Shown: positions 25,825-32,000 of the stretch, one piece after another
Layout of the letters: every line of letters starts with the position of its first letter
Position numbering within the stretch: position 1 is the stretch's first letter
DNA from: Thermodesulfobacteriota bacterium
Lineage (GTDB): Bacteria > Desulfobacterota > BSN033 > UBA1163
Assembly: GCA_026415035.1 (NCBI GenBank)
Contig: JAOAHX010000022.1
Span: 23,026-55,025, forward strand
Direction of reading: 5' to 3'
Length of the DNA stretch: 32,000 nt
Translations under genes and position numbers: made by a program
Notes under the pieces: model-generated
Told to the model about the DNA's origin: nothing
Databases searched by the model: none
Seen by the model: the letters and a program-made list of their open reading frames with translations, nothing else

Positions 25825-27494
25825 CGGAAACCTCCCCTTTCGAAATCTCCTTTCAGTTTTCTCTCGATATCCTCTTTGAGGGCCTTCTTGTCGATCTTTT
25901 CCGCTTTGGTCAAGGGCATCCGATCGACGAACTCGATCCTCTCCGGAAGCTGGAGGACCGAGGCCTTCTTCTCTTTGAGGTGGGCGATGATCTTTTCAAA
26001 GCTTAAATCCGCCCCCGGCCTGGGTTGAATGTATGCGCAGACCCGTTCTCCGAGGTCCGGGTCGGGCATGGGCACGACCGCAACCAGGGCGACATCGGGA
26101 TGGGTGCTGATCAGGGATTCGATCTCCGTGGCGCTGATGCTTTCGCCTCCTCGATTGATCATCTCTTTGACCCGGCCGGTGAGCCTGACCACGCCCCTTT
26201 CATCGATGATGGCCAGATCCCCGGTCCGGAAAAACCCATCTTCGGTGAAAACCTTCGCATTCTCCTCGGGCGCTTTGTAGTAACCGGTGAAGACTCCCGG
26301 CCCTTTGATGACCAATTCTCCCGGCGTGTTGGGAGGGAGCTCTCTGCCGTCCGGGCCCACCACCTTGTAAAGGTCGTAAGGACAGGTGGGTTTCCCCACG
26401 GTATGGAGGATCGTCTCGAGAGGATCCCCGGTTCGGGTCAGGGTGGTCTGGCCCTCTGTGCCTCCATACCCATTGTAGAAGTGACAGCGGAGATCTTCCC
26501 TCACCCCCTTCACCAGCTCAGGAAGGCTCAGGCTCCCGCCACAATGCATTGCCCTCAGGGAACGGAGATCATAGTTTTTCCGGCCTTCGTAGTCGAGTAG
26601 CCTTTTTGCAAGCGTCGGCGTCCAGACGATCGTGGTCACCCTCTCTCTCTGGATCGTCTCGCAGACCTCCTTCATCTCCGTCGTATCGAGAAAGACGTTC
26701 TTGCCAAAGGCAAAAAGGGTGCTTCCGAGCCCTTTGGTGAAGGTGAGGTCATGGCCGATCGGTCCGGCGAGGAGGCAGGTGTCTCTGTGACTCACTTCCC
26801 AGGCATAGGCGGCAAATTCCATGGTGCAAATGAGGCTGTTGTGGGTTCGGGGGACCAGTTTGGGAAGACCCGTCGTCCCACCCGTGGGACCCATGTGGGC
26901 GACCTCCATGGGATCCGGTCTTCTCAAGGCAAGCCGGGTGAGGTTGGCTTCGTTGAGCTCCACCCCTGCCATCAATTTCTCCATGCTTTTATAGAGTCCC
27001 AGACCCTCGCTCCGGACAAGGATGACGTTTCTCAAAAAAGGGGTCTCCTTGACCACATCCTCGACGATGGGAAGGTAATCGGTCTTCTTATATTTTTCCG
27101 GCACGATCCACAAGGTGGCCTCCGAGAGTTTGGCCAGGTACTGGATCTCGTGCTGTCGATAGCGGTCGATGAGCAACACCGGGATGGCACCGACCTTTTG
27201 GGTTGCAAAGTAGGCGAAGACGAACTCCACCCAGTTTGGGAGTTGAATCAGGACGCGGTCTCTCGGGGCGACCCCAAGGTCCAAAAGGCTCACCGCGAGG
27301 CGGTCGGTTTTCTCCCTCGCCTCTTTGAAGGTGAGCCGGTGCTGTCCGTCCACAAAGGCCTCTTTGTCCGGAAAGACATCCGCCGCCTTGTCCAGGAGAT
27401 CCCCCAAGGTCATACCGGACCACCAGCGAAGGCGAATATATTTCTCAGCATCTTCTTGGGGATAAGGGGTGAAGCCTTCGAGATAGCCTGTCAT
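25821..27494 (-). CDS. AMP-dependent aryl-acid ligase (2,3-dihydroxybenzoate-AMP ligase / aryl-CoA ligase-like)
   Basis: MGPTGGTTGLPKLVPRTHNS (A3), FYNGYGGTEG, YYKAPEENAKVFTEDGFFRTGDLAIIDERGVVRLTGRVKEMINRGGESISATEIE, VLQLPERIEFVDRMPLTKAEKIDKKAL. Confidence 0.92.
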   Translation of the reverse strand: MTGYLEGFTPYPQEDAEKYIRLRWWSGMTLGDLLDKAADVFPDKEAFVDGQHRLTFKEAREKTDRLAVSLLDLGVAPRDRVLIQLPNWVEFVFAYFATQKVGAIPVLLIDRYRQHEIQYLAKLSEATLWIVPEKYKKTDYLPIVEDVVKETPFLRNVILVRSEGLGLYKSMEKLMAGVELNEANLTRLALRRPDPMEVAHMGPTGGTTGLPKLVPRTHNSLICTMEFAAYAWEVSHRDTCLLAGPIGHDLTFTKGLGSTLFAFGKNVFLDTTEMKEVCETIQRERVTTIVWTPTLAKRLLDYEGRKNYDLRSLRAMHCGGSLSLPELVKGVREDLRCHFYNGYGGTEGQTTLTRTGDPLETILHTVGKPTCPYDLYKVVGPDGRELPPNTPGELVIKGPGVFTGYYKAPEENAKVFTEDGFFRTGDLAIIDERGVVRLTGRVKEMINRGGESISATEIESLISTHPDVALVAVVPMPDPDLGERVCAYIQPRPGADLSFEKIIAHLKEKKASVLQLPERIEFVDRMPLTKAEKIDKKALKEDIERKLKGDFERGGFR

Positions 27495-27524
27495 CTCATC
27501 CTCCTCTCCAAGGCTTGGGGAAGG

Positions 27525-28082
27525 TCATTTGTATCCCATGCGGGTCACCTTTTCGACCCACTCTTCCCATTTTCCCATCGAACGGAGGATGAATTCACAG
27601 GTCTCCCGGATTGGCCCTCGACCTCCGGGTGCGGTGGTGATGTAGTCGGCGACCTCCTTCACTTCATCGATGGCATCGGCTGTGGCCACAGCGAATCCGA
27701 CCCTTTTCAGGAGGGGGAGGTCCGTGATTTCGCAACCGATGTAACCCACCTCTTGGTCGCTGAGGTTCAGCTCACGTTTTAACTCCTCCAGTTTTGCCAC
27801 TTTATCTTTCACCCGGAAGTAGAATTTATCGAGTTTTAATTCCCTGGCGCGGAAGAGCCCCTCCTCATCGATGGAGGTCGTATCCAAAAACGCGATCTGG
27901 ATTCCATTGGCCGTCAGGGAGAGATCGCCAAACCCGTCCATGTGCCAGAAGGCATACTTCCGTCGGCCTTCGATATCGCAGAAGAAGGTGTTCGGGGTGA
28001 GGACGCCGTGGACATCGTGGGCGAACAATTTGATCCTCTTGGCCTTCTCTCTCGCCTTTGCGAGGTCTTTTTCGAATCCCAT
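27525..28082 (-). CDS. KdsC-like HAD protein, copy 2 (degenerate motif IV)
   Basis: LFAHDVHGVLTPNTFFCDIEG, FLDTTS, RVKDKVAKLEEL, GYIGCEITDLPLLKRVGFAVATAD, ADYITTAPGGRGPIRETCEFIL. Confidence 0.85.
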   Translation of the reverse strand: MGFEKDLAKAREKAKRIKLFAHDVHGVLTPNTFFCDIEGRRKYAFWHMDGFGDLSLTANGIQIAFLDTTSIDEEGLFRARELKLDKFYFRVKDKVAKLEELKRELNLSDQEVGYIGCEITDLPLLKRVGFAVATADAIDEVKEVADYITTAPGGRGPIRETCEFILRSMGKWEEWVEKVTRMGYK

Positions 28083-28119
28083 GCCTTTCTCCTTTCCCTC
28101 AAGCCTTTCGGGGACCGGC

Positions 28120-28611
28120 TCAGCCCAGCTTTTTCCCCAGTTGGTAGTAGCGATTTTCGAACCAGATCAAGGGTTTCAACTTGGGTCGGATCTTGTGGGC
28201 GACGACCTTCCCGACGTAGAGGATATAGTCGCCCTCCTTCACCGAATTCACCAGTTTACATTCGAGATTGGCGAAACAATCGGTGATCATGCTTCCTTTG
28301 ATCGTAGAGGCAGGCTCGGTGTTGATCTTAAATGTCTTCAATTTGTCGATGGATTCTCCGTGGATCGCCCCTAACTTCTCGGCCAGGTCGACCTGATGGG
28401 TGGAGGCGAGGTTCACGACGAATTCCTTGGCCTTGGGGATGAGGCGATGGGTGGTGCTCTCCTTGGAGATGCTGATGGCGATCAGGGGAGGGGAATCCGA
28501 GACAAACATCCCCGAAGCCGTCATGAGATTATGTTTCCCCCCTGCTTCGACGCTCACAAAGGTGACGATGCAGGGAAGTTCTCCAAAAATTACATCTCTA
28601 TAATGCCACAT
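28120..28611 (-). CDS. Flavin reductase-like / FMN-binding split-barrel protein
   Basis: HNLMTASGMFVSDSPPLIAISISKESTTHRLIPKAKEFVVNLAS; ECKLVNSVKEGDYILYVGKVVA. Confidence 0.88.
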   Translation of the reverse strand: MWHYRDVIFGELPCIVTFVSVEAGGKHNLMTASGMFVSDSPPLIAISISKESTTHRLIPKAKEFVVNLASTHQVDLAEKLGAIHGESIDKLKTFKINTEPASTIKGSMITDCFANLECKLVNSVKEGDYILYVGKVVAHKIRPKLKPLIWFENRYYQLGKKLG

Positions 28612-28647
28612 CTTGCCCTTCCTCCTTTCTCTGCGTTCAGAACCGAT

Positions 28648-30072
28648 TCAATCCTCAAACCCGTACTCCTTCCATCGGGACTTCACCTTGGCCAGCATCG
28701 CTTCCGAAAGCTTGATTTCCGTCGGCTTGACCGTCCACTCAAAGGGGATGGTGGCGTCGAGGATGATCCGGGAGGTGATAAATTTATTGTCCTCCGGCCC
28801 GAGGGAAGGATCGAGGGGGGTCGATCGTCCGCGGTGGATGATCTGGGTGCCCCGCTGAGGGTTATAACGCGTCCCGAGGGCCCACCATACCCGGGGGAGG
28901 TCGTCGGCCTCGATGTCGTGATCGACGATGATCACCATTTTCACCCCGTACATTCCTGTGTTGCTCGCGATCACCGCAGCTGCCACCTGATCGGCATGAC
29001 CTGGATACATCTGCTCCACGGAGACGACCACGATAAATCGGCCGGAGGCCTCGGGCAGGGTGTAGACCGATTTGATTCCAGGGATCTCCATCTTGGCCAG
29101 TTCGGTCCAGAGGCTGGCGTTCCTCGTGAAGGCATAGAGGATATGCTGGTCTCCGACGGGCCTGCCCACGCTCGTTTCCCAGAGGATGGGGTTGTTTCGA
29201 TGATAGATCCGTTTTACGTCGAGAGCGGGCTTCGGGATGGGTTTGATCAATTCCTCCGTGTAATAACCGGTATATTCTCCGAAGGGGCCTTCGTTTCGGA
29301 GGTTTTTCGGATCGATCTCCCCTTCGAGAACGATCTCCGCGGCCGCAGGGATGGGGAGCCCCGTCAGGGGGGCCTTGACGATCTCGACGGGTTCCCCTCG
29401 TAAAGAGCTCACCACGTCGTAACCACTCTTCGCCTTCACCGTGGTGGCCGCACCGGCCAGGACGTGGAGGGGGTCTCCCCCGATGATGGCACAAGCGGGC
29501 ATCTTTTTGCCCGCCTTGGCATACTTTTTCAAGATGCGGTCCCCTTTTTTCCCCTTCAGGATCTGGACGCCCACCGTCTTATCATCGAGGATCCCCATCC
29601 GGTAGGTTCCGAGATTGATATCGCCGGACTCGGGGTCCTGCAACACCATGAAGACCGCGGTCCCGAAATACCGACCCCCATCGAGCTCATAGAATCTGGG
29701 GGAGGGGAAAGCAAAGGTATCCACCTTGTCTCCCTCGAGGACGTTTTCGAAGATGGGCCCATCTTTCTGCTCCTTGGCCTTAATCACTTCCTTGACGGCC
29801 ACATTGACCCATTCCTTGGTGAGCTGGACCATGGAAAGGGAGGGGTCCTTTCCCAGGATGATGGCGAGCCTTTTGGTCGTTCCGAAAGCGCCGGTCAGAA
29901 CGGGGCTGGTATATCCCTTGACGTTTTCAAAAAGCAGGGCCGGTCCGCTTTTCTCTTCCACGAGCTTGGCGATATGGGAGATCTCGAGGTCCCAATCCAC
30001 CTCGGCCTTGATCCGTTTTAATTCCCCGACCGCTTCACATTTAGCGATAAATTCCCTGAGGTCCATCTTCAC
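28648..30072 (-). CDS. UbiD-family decarboxylase (copy C)
   Basis: INLGTYRMGILDDKTVGVQI, IPAAAEIVLEGEIDPKNLRNEGPFGEYTGYYTE, NNPILWETSVGRPVGDQHILY. Confidence 0.95.
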   Translation of the reverse strand: MKMDLREFIAKCEAVGELKRIKAEVDWDLEISHIAKLVEEKSGPALLFENVKGYTSPVLTGAFGTTKRLAIILGKDPSLSMVQLTKEWVNVAVKEVIKAKEQKDGPIFENVLEGDKVDTFAFPSPRFYELDGGRYFGTAVFMVLQDPESGDINLGTYRMGILDDKTVGVQILKGKKGDRILKKYAKAGKKMPACAIIGGDPLHVLAGAATTVKAKSGYDVVSSLRGEPVEIVKAPLTGLPIPAAAEIVLEGEIDPKNLRNEGPFGEYTGYYTEELIKPIPKPALDVKRIYHRNNPILWETSVGRPVGDQHILYAFTRNASLWTELAKMEIPGIKSVYTLPEASGRFIVVVSVEQMYPGHADQVAAAVIASNTGMYGVKMVIIVDHDIEADDLPRVWWALGTRYNPQRGTQIIHRGRSTPLDPSLGPEDNKFITSRIILDATIPFEWTVKPTEIKLSEAMLAKVKSRWKEYGFED

Positions 30073-30164
30073 CCTCCTTCCCCAATCGTGGGTTAAAAGT
30101 CGATTTGGCCTTCATTATCTTTTGAACAGGAGGGGCTTGTCAATTCATTTATTTTTATGTTTTA

Positions 30165-30179
30165 ATAACTTCTGGTTAT
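30165..30179. promoter_or_regulatory. Inverted repeat ATAAC-N5-GTTAT overlapping the LysR start codon, candidate operator
   Basis: Perfect 5-bp arms read directly: ATAACTTCTGGTTAT; LysR ATG begins at 30178. Confidence 0.3.
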
Positions 30180-31119
30180 GGGCAAGCAGATCCCCCTTTA
30201 TGATTCGATCCAATCCCTTTTCGTTTTCCACGAGGTGGCGAAGCAGAAGAGTTTTTCGAAGGCCGCCGAGGAACTCTACGTCACCCAGCCCGCGGTGACC
30301 AAACACATCAAAGGGCTCGAGCAGAAGATCGGGATGCGCTTGATCGAAAGGGGAAAGGCCGGTTTCGGCCTGACGGAAGCGGGAAAGATCCTTTTCAAAT
30401 CGACCCAGAGGATCGCAGGACACCTTCAGGAGGTCGAGCATCTTCTTGGAAAACTCCGGAAGGAGCACCATGGTTTTCTGAGAATTGGAACGACGGAATC
30501 CTATTCCCGATGCCTGATGCCCGAACTTCTCTCGGAATTTCAGACGCGCTTTCCTTCGATCAAGATCGCCCTCGATGTCGGGAGCTCGGAGGAGATAGAG
30601 AAGAGCCTGCTGGCCTACCAGAACGATGTGGCCTTGATCGCCGTGACCAAAATTTCCCCCAAGTTCGAATGCGTTCCGTTTCTTAAGGAAGAACTCGTCC
30701 TGATCGTCTCCCCCCAGCATCCCCTGGCCAGCCACCGGAGCGTCTCCCTCAGGGCCGTGGAGGGATACCCTTTTATCATCCGGGCCAGAGGATCGACGAC
30801 GAGAAAAATCGTGACGGAGGCCTTCAAAGAGCTGGGAGTTCACCCCTCCCTTTTCATCGAAGCCGGCAGCTCAGAATTCATCAAACAGTGGGTCTCCGAA
30901 GGAAGAGGGATTTCGGTCATCGTCGATCGGATCGCTGAGGAGGAGGCGAAAAGGGGACAGGTGGTCCGGATCCCCCTGGAAGAAAGATTCCAGTTACAGG
31001 TCTCTTTGCTCTATCTGAAGGCGGAGAGAGGCAACCCGGCCATCCAACATTTCAGCCGCTTCATCGAGGAGAAGAGGGAGGGGGGAGGCAAGGTACGGAA
31101 TTTACAAATTAAAACTTGA
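30178..31119 (+). CDS. LysR-family transcriptional regulator, divergent from the ubiD operon
   Basis: FHEVAKQKSFSKAAEELYVTQPAVTKHIKGLEQKIGMRLIERG N-terminal HTH, LTEAGKILF, effector domain FLRIGTTESYSRCLMPELLSEFQTRFPSIKIAL. Confidence 0.95.
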   Translation: MGKQIPLYDSIQSLFVFHEVAKQKSFSKAAEELYVTQPAVTKHIKGLEQKIGMRLIERGKAGFGLTEAGKILFKSTQRIAGHLQEVEHLLGKLRKEHHGFLRIGTTESYSRCLMPELLSEFQTRFPSIKIALDVGSSEEIEKSLLAYQNDVALIAVTKISPKFECVPFLKEELVLIVSPQHPLASHRSVSLRAVEGYPFIIRARGSTTRKIVTEAFKELGVHPSLFIEAGSSEFIKQWVSEGRGISVIVDRIAEEEAKRGQVVRIPLEERFQLQVSLLYLKAERGNPAIQHFSRFIEEKREGGGKVRNLQIKT

Positions 31120-31144
31120 CAAAAAAATAATACTTGGTTAAAAA
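31116..31144 (+). promoter_or_regulatory. Candidate sigma-70 promoter for the downstream tRNA genes
   Basis: TTGACA at 31116-31121, 17-nt spacer, AT-rich weak -10 (TAAAAA) at 31139-31144; overlaps the lysR stop codon. Confidence 0.35.
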
Positions 31145-31253
31145 TAATAAGTTAAAAATCTTTTTGCTCTGGGATCTTCTAATATAACTCATTGATTTTC
31201 CAATCTTTTTGTTTGCACGGAGGATTTTGCTCAAAAGCAATTCAAAAGATCTT

Positions 31254-31338
31254 GGAGAGGTTCCCGAGCGGCCAAAGGGGACAGACTGTAAATCTGTTGG
31301 CAATGCCTTCGGAGGTTCGAATCCTCCCCTCTCCACCA
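31254..31338 (+). tRNA. tRNA-Tyr (GTA)
   Basis: Acceptor GGAGAGG/CCTCTCC, anticodon loop CTGTAAA, long variable arm, GGTTCGAATCC T-arm, encoded CCA. Confidence 0.95.
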
Positions 31339-31484
31339 GTTCGATATTAATTCGATATTAAAAGGTCTGAAGCTGGGCGGAAAAGGTTTTTGAGCGGTTT
31401 GCCCGCTGAAGTGTGGTTTCGTCGATATCCGTGGATCCGAGAAGTGACCGTTGTCCAACAAAACGACCCCGATTGAGAGGAAAA

Positions 31485-31560
31485 GCGGGAGTAGCTCAGT
31501 TGGTAGAGCATCAGCCTTCCAAGCTGAGGGTCGCGGGTTCGATCCCCGTTTCCCGCTCCA
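31485..31560 (+). tRNA. tRNA-Gly (TCC)
   Basis: Acceptor GCGGGAG/TTCCCGC region, anticodon loop CTTCCAA, GGGTTCGATCCC T-arm, encoded CCA. Confidence 0.95.
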
Positions 31561-31603
31561 AAGAATACAACCTTACTTGGTGATAGAGGTTCCATTCAAG
31601 AGG

Positions 31604-31634
31604 AAGCCTGTCTCGATTCGCTGACAGGTTTTTT
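31604..31634 (+). terminator. Rho-independent-like terminator between tRNA-Gly and tRNA-Thr
   Basis: AAGCCTGTC (31604-31612) / GACAGGTTT (31623-31631), 9-bp stem with one G-U, 10-nt loop, followed by a T-run (TTTTTTATTTATTTTT). Confidence 0.6.
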
Positions 31635-31656
31635 ATTTATTTTTCTCATCACCCAT

Positions 31657-31732
<76 letters not shown>

Positions 31733-31787
31733 ACGAGGCGAGGCCTTTCGATCATCTTCTTTGGAGGAACTCAAGGAGGGAGGAGCC

Positions 31788-32000
31788 ATGTCGAAGCCGA
31801 AGTTTGAGAGGACGAAGCCGCATGTGAATGTGGGGACGATTGGGCATGTGGATCATGGGAAGACGACGTTGACGTCGGCGATTACGAAGGTGTTGTCGGC
31901 TCGGGGGTTGGCGCAGTATATGGCGTTTGATCAGATTGACAAGGCGCCGGAGGAGAAGGAGCGGGGTTTGACGATTGCGATTGCGCATGTGGAGTATGAG
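31788..32000 (+). CDS. tuf: Elongation factor Tu (5' part, truncated by window end)
   Basis: [71 protein letters not shown]; downstream of tRNA-Thr as in the common bacterial arrangement. Confidence 0.98.
   Translation, partial: MSKPKFERTKPHVNVGTIGHVDHGKTTLTSAITKVLSARGLAQYMAFDQIDKAPEEKERGLTIAIAHVEYE

Noticed and set aside
25821-27494. Idea that the EntE-like ligase marks a siderophore cluster
   Set aside because: No isochorismatase, NRPS, carrier protein or iron uptake genes in the window; all neighbours are UbiD/HAD/flavin genes.
22153-30072. Simple reading as ubiquinone/menaquinone biosynthesis ubiD/ubiX
   Set aside because: Three UbiDs with two HADs, a small protein and a ligase are not the ubiquinone pathway arrangement, and no other quinone-biosynthesis gene is visible. 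The menaquinone/futalosine role is not fully excluded for copy A.

Overview
This 32-kb window looks like ordinary chromosome from an anaerobic, Desulfobacterota-like bacterium (lineage inferred from gene content only). I found no mobile element, phage or CRISPR. From left to right it carries: a PxxxGxW-repeat secreted protein; an ECF sigma / ZAS anti-sigma / secreted protein unit; a GAF+HD-GYP protein; a DEAD-box helicase / YprB-like nuclease pair resembling MrfA/MrfB; an MFS transporter; an FmdB-like zinc ribbon (missing from the ORF track); a DUF362 / hypothetical / Fe-S protein unit; a TRAP transporter (DctM/Q/P) next to a membrane protein and a lone ADP-forming acyl-CoA synthetase alpha-like protein; an esterase; an 8-CXXCH cytochrome c with an HD-domain gene; and a compact ten-gene minus-strand operon (30072 to 21157) behind a divergent LysR regulator. 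The window ends with tRNA-Tyr, tRNA-Gly, tRNA-Thr and the start of tuf. The operon is the highlight. It has three UbiD-family proteins, UbiX, two KdsC-like HAD proteins with unusual motifs (DxHG), an 85-aa protein between two UbiD genes, an aryl-acid AMP-ligase, a flavin-reductase-like protein, and a DUF120 (archaeal-type CTP-dependent riboflavin kinase-like) gene overlapping the ubiX stop codon through an apparent ATT start. I interpret it as a candidate anaerobic aromatic (de)carboxylation system with its own FMN/prFMN cofactor supply. Its substrate is unknown.
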